From: Vicugna vicugna
Lineage: Eukaryota
NCBI GenBank assembly: GCA_013265495.1
Contig: MU058198.1
Span: 4,851,779 to 4,915,778 of the forward strand
Direction of reading: 5' to 3'
DNA length: 64,000 bases
Shown here: in pieces, positions 38,193 to 50,819 of the stretch
Numbering within the stretch: the first letter of the stretch is position 1
Layout: each line of letters starts with the position of its first letter
Notes under the pieces: model-generated
Told to the model about the DNA's origin: nothing
What the model saw: the letters and a program-made list of their open reading frames with translations, nothing else
Databases searched by the model: none
Made by a program: the position numbers and the translations under genes

Positions 38193-39206
38193 GAGAAATA
38201 ATAGAGAGAAATCACACCTCCTCTCTTACTCAGGTTCCCCCAATGGTAGCATGGTAATATATGCAAAACTATAGAACAATATCCCCACTGGGATGCTGAC
38301 ATCGATGAAATCCATTGATCTTACTCAGATTTCCCCAGTTTCACTTGAACTCATCCATGAGTGTGTGTGTGTGTGTGTGTGTACATGTGTTCTGTGCAGT
38401 CTACCCCAGGTATGGGTTTGTGAGTCCACAGCCAAGAACCAGCAGCGTTTCCACCACTACAACGATCCATCACGTTGCCCTTTTATAGCCACACCCATTT
38501 TCCTCCACCACCACCCTCCATATCCCCTAATCCCTGGCAACAGCTGTTCTGTTCTCCATTTCTGGAACTTGGTCATTTCAAGAAGGGTATATAAATGGAA
38601 TCGTGCTGTATGCAACCTTTTGAGGTTGGCTCTTTTCACTCCACGTAATTCCCAGAGATTCATCCAAGTTGTTGTATGTATCTCTGGTTCATGGCTTTTC
38701 ATGGCTGAACGGTATTCCACACCATGGATGCCATCCAATTTGTTTAACTGTTCATCTCTTGAAAGACTTCTGGGATGTTTCCAGGTTCAGCTGTTAGAAA
38801 TAAAGCTGCCATGAACATTCATGTACAGGTTTTTGTGTGAACAGAAGTTTCCATTTTTCTGGCATAAATGCCCAAGAGTGCATTCTGAATTGTTGAATTT
38901 TATGAATGTGAAGTTATACGTCATAGTTCTTCATTATCTTTTTTAATGTTTGCAAGATCTATAGTGGCGTCCCTTCTTTCATTTGTGACTTGCATCTTCT
39001 CTATTTTTATTTTTGTAGGTTTTCTTGAGTTTTACCAACTTTATTGATTTTTTTTTTCAAAGAATCAGTTTTTCGTTTCATTGACTTCTCCATTGTTTTC
39101 CTATTTTCAGTTTCCTTGCTTTTTGTTCTTATCTTTGTCATTGCTTTCTTCTGGTTGCTTTGGTTTTGTTTTTCTCTTTTTCTAGTTTCTTGAGGTAGGA
39201 GCTTAC

Positions 39207-39638
39207 GTTTTTTTCAATTTTTAAAATTTTTAATTTATTTTTATTGTTTTTTTTTTTTAGTGAAAGATTTTAAAGGGTTTATTTAGCAAAGGGAAATTAC
39301 ACTTCCAAGAATGGGAGACAGGCTGATCTAAAGGAGGAAAAACAGCAGTCTTTGTTTGCCCCTTCTCTCTCTCTTTTTTTTTCTTTAACATTTTTTATTG
39401 AGTTATAGTCATTTCACAATGTTGTGTCAAATTCCAGTGTAGAGCACAGTTTTTCAGTTATACATGAACATACACATATTCACTGTCACATTTTTTTTTT
39501 TTTGCTGTGAACTACCACAAGATCTTGTATACATTTCCCTGTGATATGCAGTATAATCTTGTTTCTCTATTCTGCATATGCCTATCAGTATCTACAAATT
39601 TTGAACTCCTGGTCTGTCCCTTCCCACCCTCCTCCCCC
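39207..39638 (-). mobile_element. Young 5'-truncated L1 carrying a 3'-transduced segment
   Basis: TSD TAGGAGCTTAC at 39196-39206 and 39639-39649; inside: T-rich tail, ~115 nt of non-L1 sequence, second T tract, L1 3' UTR. Confidence 0.85.
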
Positions 39639-40647
39639 TAGGAGCTTACCTTTTTTGGCTTGAGATTTTTCCTTTTTTTCTCAAGTAAACATTTTAATGC
39701 TATAGGTTTTGCTGATAGCTTTGTGTTAGCTGCAGCCCAGATATTTTGATGTATTTTCATTTTCATTTAGCTATATATAATTTTTATTTCCTTGGAGACT
39801 TTCTCTTGGACTCATAACTTACTTAGAAGTGTGTCGTTCGTTTTCCAAATGTTTAGAGCTGTTACCTGTTGTCTTCTCTATTATTGCTTTTTAGGTTGAT
39901 TCCATTGTGGTCAAAAAACTTTGTATGATTTCAACTCTTTAATCTTTGTTGAGATTTACTTTATGTCCCAGAGTATGATCTATCTCGGTGAATGTCCTGT
40001 GGTTCTTGAAAAAAAAATATTCTGCTTTGTTGGATGGAATGTTCTATAAATATCCATTGGATCCTGTTGGCTGATTGTGTTCAAGAACTTCTATTCTTTC
40101 GCTGATTTTCTGTCTAGTCATCTTATCATTTGCTGAGATGGGGTGTTAATGCTTCCAACTCTAACTGTGGATTTGTCTGTTTCTCCTTTTAGCGCTGTTT
40201 TTGTTTCGTTTTTTTTTTCAGGCTCTGTTGTTTGGTGAGCACACATTTAGGATCATTCTTTTACTCATTTTTACATTTCTAATACAGTGCCCACGTGTAA
40301 TAGAGGCTTTCAGCAAATATTCCCTGAACAATTTAGCAGGTTAAAAATTAAATAAGTACATAAGTGAAGGATGGAAAATGCTTCACTTTCTCAAGCTGTG
40401 ATTTGTTTCTCCCTTGGTAGTATAAATTATGCATCATATAGTTTTCAATTAAATCTTATTCCTCATTTATGGTTTCTAATGTTGAATCAAAAATTGTTAA
40501 GTTTGAGAAGGATCAAAACTTCACTGGAAAAGCATGGACTTTCGGGTGAGACAGAGTTGATTTTAAATATCCACTATGTGATCAGACAGATAATTTAGCC
40601 TCTTTGATTTTCAGCTTCTTAATTGGAAAATGAAAATAATGGCACTC

Positions 40648-41258
40648 TGTCAATTGGGAACCTGTTGGTGACAACTGACAGAACTGCTGGCTTAAAGAAC
40701 AACAAAAATTGGTTTATTTTATAGAAAATTTCAGAAGTAACTCATTCCAGATACAGCCTGATCCAGTCAGAAGTTCCTTTTCTCATCAGGAAATCTAGCT
40801 GTATTTTTTGTGATTCTCTGTAATTTTGGCCTTCTGTGACAGTTTTATCCTTGGAGTGGCTTCCCTCAGAGAAGCCTAAATAACTCCCATTGTTCCAGAC
40901 ATCACAGGTTCTCACCTTTCCACCACAGTTTACATAGACAGGGTGAACATCTTGGGCGAGGAATTCCTACAGGAATTTCGATAATCTGACCTCACCTACC
41001 TCGCTAAGCTCATCTCCCATCATCTCCTACAGTAATTCCTATAGGAATTTCTTCCTTATAAGTACTCCAGACATTTTATTGCTTCTCATTGGCTGTTACT
41101 GAATCACATGACCTTCTCTGAACCAATCATCATGACTATTAAGATGGCGCTAAGGGCAGTGTCAGTCCTGGTTAAACCACTTGGCTGAAAATTGGGATCT
41201 CTCTTGGTCTAAGGGGGAAATGGATGCAGGGGAGGCAGACAATATATGTCTATTAGAG
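40648..41258 (-). mobile_element. Old MLT1-family LTR splitting a MIR (halves ~40530-40647 and ~41265-41400)
   Basis: TCTCATTGGCTGTTACTGAATCACATGACCTTCTCTGAACCAATCA MLT1 motif; MIR sequence resumes at GGTTGCTATGAGGATTAGA. Confidence 0.65.
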
Positions 41259-41499
41259 TTGCCAGTATTTCAAGGTTGCTATGAGGATTAGAAATAATAT
41301 GCAAAGGGTACCCTTTGTAGTGCCTGGTGTTATTCATTGTATATTAAATAACACTTGATATTATGATGATGGTGATGGTTAGTAATGTTAGTAAATGTCT
41401 ACAGAAAGTTCTTAGAAGGACAACATTGTAGGGATGCCTGCAAGAAAAGCTGAGTCCCAACACTGTTTTAATAAAAAAAGACACTAACTCCTGAGTTCT

Positions 41500-41960
41500 A
41501 ACAACAGTGACTCTTAAGTGACTTCCTGTCTGTGTTCTAACCTCCTTCAGACCTTCCTCCATGTTGTCTCCACAAATGCCCAACCGATAAATCCGATCAA
41601 ATCACTCTCCGGCTCAAATCTCCAGATGACTCTTATTGTCCCTAGCAGTGCTTTTCAGACTTTGGTTGAGTATAAGTCACGTGGAGTATTTTTTAAATTC
41701 AGATTTTGATTTGGCCACTCATAACAAGCTCCCAGGTGCTGCTGGTGCTGCTGCTGCTGCTCTGAGGATGCATTTTGAGAAGCTAGGTCTGGAGGGCAAA
41801 GAGCAAACCCTGTGGGGCAAAGACTGTCAATAATCTGACCTCCCCTACCTTGCTAAGCCCACCTCCCATCATGTCCCTACCTGTACCACATGCTGGCAGC
41901 CTTGCCTGTATGCCGCAAGTATTTGCATCCCATTGACCTTTTACTTTGCTCTTCCTTTTT
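41500..41960 (+). mobile_element. L2 fragment interrupted by a MER5-like MITE (~41646-41788)
   Basis: AAATCCGATCAAATCACTCTCCGGCTCAAA...ATAATCTGACCTCCCCTACC L2 motifs; ACAAGCTCCCAGGTGCTGCTG...TTTTGAGAAG MER5-type motifs. Confidence 0.6.
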
Positions 41961-42830
41961 TCTAGAGACTGCATCCCTCTGCCATCTTCCTTCCCAAGTC
42001 GTCTTATTGGCTAATAATCTTCCAGTTGTTTGTTGGAAAGTTTGACATGCTTTTCTGTGTCCAGTTACGAGCTCTCCCCATAGATTATTCTTGTCTCTCT
42101 CCTCCTGTAGAAATATAGGGTATTTCACATCAAGCACAAGTTCACATGGCAAGTAAGAGGTGGGCAAAGACTCCAATGGCTACACATGAACCACCCTGTT
42201 ACCCATCTTTCTGGCATTTGCCGCGAGATCTGGTTTGTAGCAGGAGTGCAGTGGGTGATTGTGGAGGGAATGAATGCATTTGACACGAGTGCTGGCATCG
42301 CTGTGCCTTACCCAGGTAATGGAGCCACAGATTCAGGAAGGTAAGAGATGGATAGAGGTGTGTCCTCACGGTAGAGTCAGTGCAGGAAGCGAATCTGCAC
42401 CACGTTGCCGGTTTCACTGCTGTGGATTGGGAAAGGAGAAACACTTCTGTGTTTCCCCGTGGCTGAAGCATGAATTCCACCCAAGCAAGGCTATCCAGAG
42501 TTGGTGGGGCCCACCATATGCAGTTTTAGGAAGGCCCTCTTGAAGCAAGATGAAAATTAAAATATGTTTCAAATTGAAAAAAATAAAAGACCCTCTGAAC
42601 ATGCTGTAGGGTTCCTCCCAAGATCTTGGATTGGCCCCAAGCATGTGAGGGGCCAACTGAAGCTTCATGTTCATCACCTTCAAGGTAAAATTGCCTCTGT
42701 GCCCAAGGATTTTCCCATAATCTGCTTCCTTCCTATCACACTCAACTCATCCCTTTACACCTCGTATCTCCAACCTTCTACCCTGCTCCAGGCCTGTGGG
42801 ACTTCCCGCTACTGCCTGAATTTACTAGAC

Positions 42831-43149
42831 TAGTGGTTTTCAATGTCCACTTGACCCAGAGTTCCCTTTTTATAAAAAAAAAATTTTTTGTAAGACCTTC
42901 TGAAGTGAAATTCATAGGTAATATAACCAATCCACATGCATAATAAAAAAATCAATATGATCTAATTGTAATATAAAGGAGAAATTAAAAAGAAAGGGAT
43001 TTATTATAAAATAAGGTACATACAACTGTGTAAATGCTTGTTCCTGACTAAACCAAAGGACTAAGTATGTACCTGTGAGTTACTGCCATCCCCTTTCGCT
43101 TCCTCCCTTGCCCTGCAGAGTTTGGTGCTTTTAATGTTGGGAACCATTC
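42831..43149. mobile_element. Charlie-family (Charlie2-like) DNA transposon remnant
   Basis: TAGTGGTTTTCAA...TTGGGAACCATT imperfect TIRs; internal GAAATTCATAGGTAATATAACC resembles recalled Charlie2 consensus. Confidence 0.55.
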
Positions 43150-43574
43150 CGTGAGACCATTTCCGACTCTGGCCTTGGCATTACCCTATACCTTCTCTCT
43201 GTACTGCCTTCTCCCCTCTCCACTGTCCTATCTTTAAAAATTCTCCAGAATCAAGGATCAGACGGTGACCCTCATCTCACCCCTTCCAGAAGCTTCCATT
43301 GACAGCTGACTGCTCCAGTGACGATCAATACCATTGCCATCTGTACCTCCGACATCCGTCCAGACTTGTGGTTTCCCCTGGCTGCCCGCCCCCCATTCCT
43401 GCTGATGTCCAATCTGATTAATATTATTAATCATTTATGTCCAAAGTTAGGGAAAGTGGCAGAAGTACAAGACTTTGGGCAGAGGTAAGGCTCTGTTTAT
43501 GATGCCAGAGGGAAGGACACGAAGGTGAGGAGGGGAAGGAAGAGGATGCATCTGTCTTCTGTTGATGTCAGAGT

Positions 43575-43790
43575 CTGTGAAAGCTCCTTCTTTGAATCTC
43601 AGCACCTTCTCTTATCCACGATGTGACCTTGGGCAGGTTACTTAACCTTCCTGCACCCCAGTTTTCTCCTCTGCAAAGTGAGATTAATAATGGTACCTAC
43701 CACATAGGGATGTGGAGAGGATGAAGTGAGTGATGCTTGCAACGTGCTCACACAGGGACTGGCGCTGAGATGGGACTTGAGATGGCAGTA
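43575..43790 (+). mobile_element. MIR SINE
   Basis: TGTGACCTTGGGCAGGTTACTTAACCTT...CAGTTTTCTCCTCTGCAAAGTGAGATTAATAATGGTACCTACC. Confidence 0.9.
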
Positions 43791-43833
43791 ATTTCAGAAC
43801 ATTCAGATCCCCGGATTCCTGGCTAGACTAGTA

Positions 43834-44057
43834 CAGGGGTTGGCAAACTTTTTCTGTAAAGGGCCAGACAGTAAATAGTTTAGGCTTTGCTAGTGTCATA
43901 CAGGATCGGCTACGTCTACTCAACTCTGCTGTTGTGGCATGAAAGGATCTATAGACAATATGTAAATAAGTGGGGGTGTGTCTCAATAGAACTTTATTTA
44001 CAAAGATAGGCAGCAGGGTGGATTTGGTCCATGGGCTGTGATTTTTCCCCATCCCTG
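43834..44057. mobile_element. MER58A hAT-Charlie MITE, full length
   Basis: CAGGGGTTGGCAAACTTTTTCTGTAAAGGGCCAGA...CCCTG, 224 bp. Confidence 0.9.
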
Positions 44058-44264
44058 TTCTAAAGGATGGGTGAACAGGATGGTCTGCACCCAGAGTAGG
44101 GGCAGTGTCACATAGCAGTTAGAAGCCTGGGCTATGTATCTATGTCTTTTATTTTTCTTTTAATAAAAATAGGATTTTTAAGATCTGTTCTGCACCCTGT
44201 TTTCTTTTTATTTATCAACATACAGAGAGCATATTGTAAATAAATGAATGTATTTATACATGTT

Positions 44265-44870
44265 CATTTATTATTTATTCAAGTATAGTCAGTTTACAAT
44301 GTTATGTTAATTTCTGGTGTACAGCATAGTGATTCAGTTATACATATATAGATAATTATTTCTTTTCATATTTTTTGCATTATAGGCTATTACAGGATAT
44401 TGAATATAGTTCCCTGGGCTATACTGTAGGACCTTGTTGTTTATCTATTTGATATATAGTAGTTAGTATCTGCAAATCTCAGACTTCCAATTTATTCCTC
44501 CCCTCCTCCCCCTTTTGGTAACCGTAAGTTTATTTTCTATGCCTGTGAGTCTGTTTCCATTTTGTAAATAAGCTCATTTGCATCGTATTTTTTAGATTCC
44601 ACATATAAGTGATATCAGATGGTATTGTTCTTCCTCTTTCTAACTTACTTCACTTAATTTCTAGGTCCATCCATGTTGCCACAAATGGTATGATTTCATT
44701 CTTTTTTTATGGCTGAGTAGTATTCCATTGTATAAATATCCCACAGCTTCTTTATCCAGTCATCTGTTGATGGACATTTAGGTTGCTTCCATGTCTTGGT
44801 ATTGTAAATAGTGCTGCTGTGAACATTGGGGTGCATGTATCTTTTCAACTTTAAATTTCTTCCGGATAGC
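44265..44870 (-). mobile_element. L1 3' end
   Basis: ORF 44696..44911 contains KTWKQPKCPSTDDWIKKLWDIYTMEYYSAIKK (ORF2 C-terminus); 3' UTR to the left. Confidence 0.9.
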
Positions 44871-46460
44871 ATATTCATTTTTATTGCCTCCACTAGTAAT
44901 TTATTATACATGGATGAACCATCATTTATTTAGTACTTCCTCTGCTGCTGGAGATATAGCTCCAGTTTTGCTTATTGTGGTTTATAATTATGTATTTGTG
45001 ATATTATTTATTTAATGTTTTTCTCCTGTGAGACTGTCTTGGTGCCCGAAGGCTGGAATGAGCGTGTACCGTGTAGCTCCTGCCGGAACTTGGGAGCCAT
45101 AAAACCCTTGCTTTAGTGCTCACTGCCATCTTGGGGAAGTCAGTGGCCAAAATTTCTTCACCAGTGAAATGTGGATTTCCCAGAGTGCTGTGGGGGACAC
45201 ACGACTTAATGTTTATAGAAGACCGTGGAAACTGCCGAGTACCTGCTCTACTAGAAGAAAGCATATCTAGAGTGGCAGGCACCTTGTTCCTGCATGTGGA
45301 GGAGGAGGGGGGAGCGAGGCTGGTGGTGTTCCCAGATTCTTACTGTCACTTTAATAACAACAAGCTGCTTTCTTGGGAAGATGTTTGTAATTCAGGCCCC
45401 AGTTTCTTCTTGACATTTAGTCCTATTGCTGCTCTGCTGAAAAAGGATTCCTAGAAATTTGTACCAGTGGCCGTATTTGTGCCCTTGACTCCTTTAGCCC
45501 AGGAGGATGTTCAGAGGATGCGCTTACACATTGTCTTTTCTGCTTCCTGATTTCCCTCAGGGCTTAGGTTTCCAAAATTCAAAGGCCTAAACTTCTGAAA
45601 GCCAAAAGCAAGAGAAAGACTCCCTACTTCTGTTTAGCCTCCCCTTGGTAATGACTGTTGTCTGTCTACACAGAGGAGGCGCTACAGGTAAAAGGAAGAA
45701 TACAGGAATGGGGTGTGTATCTCATTACACGACTCTTCCCAGTCTTAATTTTCCTTCAATCATTTGGGATGACTTAGTATGTATTGGATTTGTAAGACTT
45801 CCAGGAAATCTTTTCCAAAGGTTACTATACATTTACTTGTTTTTGCCTTTTTAAATCAGAAAATAGTAAAATTTATATACAATCTAGAAAACAGTGGAAC
45901 ACTGGAGTAGAGTGGGCTCCAGTCCATTTGGGAGGGAGTGTGTGGACTGAGCTAGCACCGTACTCGGCAATAGAGTGCGGGCAGCCTGGTGCTGTCCTGG
46001 CAGCGCTGGGAGAATCAGTGCTGAGTGGAGAGTCCAACTCATTGAGTCTGGGGCTGGGAGGGCCCTGGCTAAGCCACCCGTCCCTGCATGGCAGGTACAG
46101 TAACAGAGGGGCCTGCGGAGGTGGTGTCCTGGCTCGGACAGTCTCAGGATGCTTTCAGGGAGAGCCAAGACCTGGCCTGGATACTCTGTGAGCAAATCCA
46201 GCCTTCCCATGTCCTATCCATGGCCCCCCAGTAGAGCCAACGTGGGACACTGCCAACTCATCCGCCTTCCCAGTTGCCACATGAGGATCTTGTATATAGA
46301 TCATACTGTCCATGCCCCAGGCCCTAATGGCCAGCGGTAGAACAGACTGAAGACTTTGATCTGCTGTGCCATGGAGGGGACTGCCAGGTGATACGTGGTA
46401 CCCAGGCATCTGTGAGCTCAGCACCTGTTCCTTGTGTTTGATGTCTCACACCTGGATGAG

Positions 46461-46943
46461 TGTTATGCATTAAGTTGTGCACCGCCCCCCCCCCCCAAAG
46501 ATACGTTGAGTTCCTAACCCCTGGAACATGTGAATATGATCTTGTTTGGAAATAAGGTCTTTGCGGATGTCATCAAGTTAAGACGAGGTTGTACTGGATC
46601 AGGGTGAACCCTAATTCAGGGACTGGTGTCCTTATAAATTTGGAGACAGATGCACAGAGAGAGAAAGGCCTCGAAGACACACAGACAGAAGAGACACACA
46701 GGAAGAATGCTTTGTGAGATTAGAGTGGTGCAGCCAGAAGCCAAGGAATGCTGGCGACCAAGAGAAGCCAGGAATTTGGAAAGGAAGCATTCCTCCCCTA
46801 GAGCCTTCAGAGAGAACCTGGCTCTGCTGACATATTGATTTTGGACCATTAGCCTCCAGCACTGTGAGAGAAGAAATTTCTGTTGTTTTAAGCCACCAAG
46901 GTTTGTGGGACTTTGTTATGGCAACTCTTAAGAAGCTGATGCA
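46461..46943 (+). mobile_element. MLT1B/C-like solo LTR
   Basis: TTTGGAAATAAGGTCTTTGCGGATGT...AGCCTCCAGCACTGTGAGAGAAGAAATTTCTGTTGTTTTAAGCCACC; TGAG on both flanks. Confidence 0.9.
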
Positions 46944-47562
46944 TGAGGTTCTTGTAATTCTACAGGCAATGCAATAGTTTGTGACGGTGATGGAGTAGAC
47001 ACTGCTTCTGAATGTCTGTAGGACAAGGAAAAGTTGAGAGTCCAAGCATCTAAGATCTTGGTTGCCTGGTGGGAGCTGCAATATGTGTTGCTTTCGGCCA
47101 CAACCCACTAGAAGAGGCCACTCAACTCCTTTGTCAGTTCCTCGTCATGACTCATGATGTCCCAGACCTCTTGGCCTTTAGGGAGCTCTCAAGAGCACGC
47201 TGTGTGCCGGACCACTGTGAAGGGAGGGACTGTCGTGGGTGTGAGCTGTGTTGACCTTCTTCAGGTTCTGCAGGTCCCGGATTAAGATGGTATAGTCTCG
47301 CTTGAGGGTGAAGTAGGAGCTAAGATCATCATTCAGAGGGATGGGAAGTGAAGTAGGGGACATGCGGAAATTGGAAGATAATAGGCAAAAAACTGTCACT
47401 GAGGCGAGTGGAAACACAAGTCGCTCAGAGAATTGTAGCGGGATTCCTGGGCTGTGCCAAGGGTCCAGTTAGGGCTGGTGATCACAAATGTATTGTGAAA
47501 GCATTCTGCCCGGTTGTGTAGTTTTTCTCTAGCAATTCTCAGATGCTCAGGAGTGGACAACA

Positions 47563-47909
47563 CGTCTCAGTTTGCCAGGGCTGCCAGAGCAAAGTACTGT
47601 AGGCTGGGTGGCTTAAATATCAGACGTTTGTTTCTCATAGTCCTGGAGCTGGAAGTTCGAGGTCAAGGCCTCTCCTTGACTTGTAGGTAAATATCTCCTC
47701 TCCGTCTCACTGAGTCTTTGTTTTGTATGTATGTCCTTTTAAGGACACCGGTCATGTTAGATTGCGTCCACCCCAACGACCCCACTTTAATGACCTCTTT
47801 CAAGACCTTACCTGCAAATACAGTTACATTCTGAAGTCCTGGGGGTTAGGGCTTCAGCACAGGAATTTGGGGAGAGGGGAGGTGGTGGAAGACAATTCAG
47901 CCCATAGCA
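47563..47909 (-). mobile_element. MLT1A-like solo LTR
   Basis: GGCTGGGTGGCTTAAA...CAAATACAGTTACATTCTGA...GGGGGTTAGGGCTTCAGCAC...ACAATTCAGCCCATAGCA. Confidence 0.85.
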
Positions 47910-49849
47910 CATGGAAACGAGGCTGGGAGTGTTGTCCTGGTGAGCGTAGGGCAATGAGGAAGGGAGGGCGTGGCCAGGATGTGATCAAGGAAATTGCAAA
48001 AATAAGGACTAAGGACCATGGAACTAGAGCGAGAAATGAAGGTGCGGGGAGGACACTGAAAGAAAGAGAAGGTGGTATTGGAGCCAGTGACAAGACGTCC
48101 TGGTGGGGCCAGCGAGGGTCATGGAGGGTGTGGTTGAGTCCGTGGGTTGGAGGGGTCCGGAAGCTTTGGTTGTGGAGTGGAGTGATTATGTTAGTGATTT
48201 CAGCGGTGATTTTAATGCCTTCCTTAGCATATCATTTTTATGAGCCATTTATCTCTTTATGAAGCATAGACATGCTTGCCCTTTTCAAGCCTTCCAGAAT
48301 ATGCGTTCTTTGAGACAGTGATGACCCACCGCCTGAGCTCCAGCATTAGCGAGATCTGCATCTGTTGTGATGCCTTTATTGGGTAACAGGAGGTCGTTCC
48401 AACGAGGCTCAGGAAAAGCGAAAGGGAGATTTATTATAAGGACTCAAAGGTATAGAACGGAACTTAATAAGAAATAGAGCCAGACCTCTCGGGGGGCTAG
48501 AATCAGAAATTGGAAACTTGACAGGAACGGGGGACCAGAATCAAGAATCAGAAAGCCACCAGGGTCCAAGGTAGCTCCTCTCTCAGCCTCTTTCTTGGAG
48601 CCACCAGGTCTTTTCTGTGTGTCAGCCACACAGAGAGCCACGCAGCCCTCCAGACGGGCTTTCTCTTGTCACGGAAGTGTGGGATCAGCCCCAGAGTTTG
48701 TGTGCCATCCGTTCAAACAGTCAGCAGAGAGTTACTATCATCCATGCCCTGATCCCGCAACACAGGTGTCTAGGACAGATGCAGGCATCATTCAGGTGGA
48801 GTCGGGCTTTCCAGAACATGCACTGACGGTTGAGGAAAAAACTGCAGTTCCTCAGATCCCTTTGAAGATTTTTCTGTCTTTTAAACTTGCTGTTAATTGC
48901 CAATGTAAGAAAACAACAACAACAACAACAAAAAAAACATAAAATGTGCTCTTTGCAAAAAAAAAAAAAAAGGAATCTTTTTGTATCTAGATGGAACACA
49001 ACCATTTTACTTAAAGAATCAATTGGATTTAAAGAACCAAAACAGAGGTTTTAGAAGAAAGATCTCTGAAGATGCTGTATTTAGCCTCTTCTGAGTTCTC
49101 CGATATTATTGAATAACTTCCAAGTTGCTTTTAATGTATCAAAAGTTAGTTTAATTTAAAAGAAATTTATGAAGATTTTTCTAAACCGTAGGCGCCCTTT
49201 TTGAATATAAAGGAAACACAGCATACTTCTAGTATAAGAACTTAAAGGAATTGGCTTCTATAGACTGGGGTAATAAAATATATATATTTTTGTATTTGAA
49301 ATTATTAAAGCATTTATTTTCTTTTAACCTTCAAGTTTTACAATTAATCTGCAGGAATCACTTTCCAAAGTAACTCTGACCTACTGTGTGCCAGATTGGC
49401 TTGTGAATTTCATCTTTTAACCTTCACAACGCTTGTCTGCGAAATTGTTCACTTCCGTTTAACAGATGAGGAAACTCACTGCAGACCGCAGAGCTCCCCA
49501 TCAATAGAGTTGGCTCTTAAAGCAAGTTTCGGATTCACAAGCTATAGATTCAGAGAAGCTTTGTCCCTGGTTAGCTTTACGAACTTGGATAAGTAATTCA
49601 CCTCATTGAACATTAGTTTTCTCTTCTTTAAGGGGGATCATAGGAATGAAAGTATAAAGTTGATGTGAGAATTTAATGCACATGAAAATGCCTATGGGGG
49701 TCTTCAAGGCAGGGTGGATGCGCAATTTTTAAAAATCCCCCATTTTGGACTGAGTTCTGAATAAACACTAAGGAGTGGCAGATGGAGGCAGTCATGGGGC
49801 CTTTGTGAAAGGATGAAGGGGAGTATGACTTAGGGGGAGACAGATGGAT

Positions 49850-50670
49850 GCCTTGGTTTCCCCCAAACTTGTTTCTTTCTCTCTTAGTAAATGGGGCCCC
49901 CGTCTCCTGACCTGCTGCTGTCAAAGACCAATGAGTTAGTCTTGATTCCTTCTTTCACTTCCTCTTCCACTTTCAATTCACCAGCCAGTTCTGTCTTTCT
50001 AGCTCTCAAATGTATCCCACCTTGGTCCACATGCTTACAACCCACTTCTGAATCCCTGGTCCACCCTCCCTCCTTCTCTTTATCCCGTGGACAGCAGTGG
50101 CCTTCCATCTGGGCTCCCCTTTCCTGCATTTCCACTTGTTCTTCCCACAGTGACATTTTAGAATGTGTCAGTGCCCTGTGTAGTGGCTTCCCGTGTGCTT
50201 AGGATCAACTCCAAACTCCACACCCTGGCCTCCAGGGCTCCAGCCAACACAGTCCTTGGTTATTTCTCCAACCCTGTGTCCTGTCCCTCTCTCACTTGTC
50301 CCCTCTAGACCCTGACCTTTCCCATCGTCATTCCTACTTCAGGTCTTTGCTTTGTCTGGGCCTTGAGTACCGTCCCTCTGATCATCACATGTTTGGCTCC
50401 ATCTCTTCATTTTAATTTTCCCTCCAGTGTCGCTTCCTTGGAGAAGTGTCCCCTCACCTCTCCATCAAGAGTGCCTCCCATGAGAGATACATTCATTCAT
50501 CACTATCTGAAACGATCATCTTTCCTTCTTTGCTTACATAGCGAAGCTTCTGGGCTGTAAATTTCACGAGGACGTGGGCCTTTTCTGTCGTGTACATTGC
50601 TCTGTGTGCAAGCATAGAATCATACCTGGCACACAGTAGGGGCTCAGTAACTAGCTGAGTACATGGGTGG
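49850..50670 (+). mobile_element. L2 fragment including 3' end
   Basis: GTGGCTTCCCGTGTGCTTAGGATCAACTCCAAACTCC...TAGAATCATACCTGGCACACAGTAGGGGCTCAGTAA. Confidence 0.8.
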
Positions 50671-50819
50671 CTACAAGGATGAAGATAGGGTTACTTAGGA
50701 TTTATGTTAGTGACCATCTGCAGTCACATACATCTTCTTTTTCTCTTAGGTCTTGCTTTGGGTCCCTGTAGGACCAGTCTCCACCCAGGGCTGTTCCTGC
50801 TCCGTCTGTAATGATCGAG

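Larger units (their letters stand above)
38003..40260 (-). mobile_element. Old L1M element (3' UTR plus ORF2 pieces) hosting a SINE and a younger L1 insertion
   Basis: ORF 38457..38738 VEYRSAMKSHEPEIHTTTWMNL is a decayed ORF2 C-terminus; antisense ORF2 motifs continue to ~40260. Confidence 0.8.

Noticed and set aside
40961..41051. FRT-like recombination sites (TTCCTAT / ATAGGAA arms)
   Set aside because: No 8-bp spacer, arms mismatch FRT, and no vector context; explained by a native palindrome and local duplication
46461..47909. Paired LTRs of a provirus, or a dsRNA-forming inverted pair
   Set aside because: Opposite orientation, different MLT1 subfamilies, no internal retroviral sequence, and too diverged for convincing pairing
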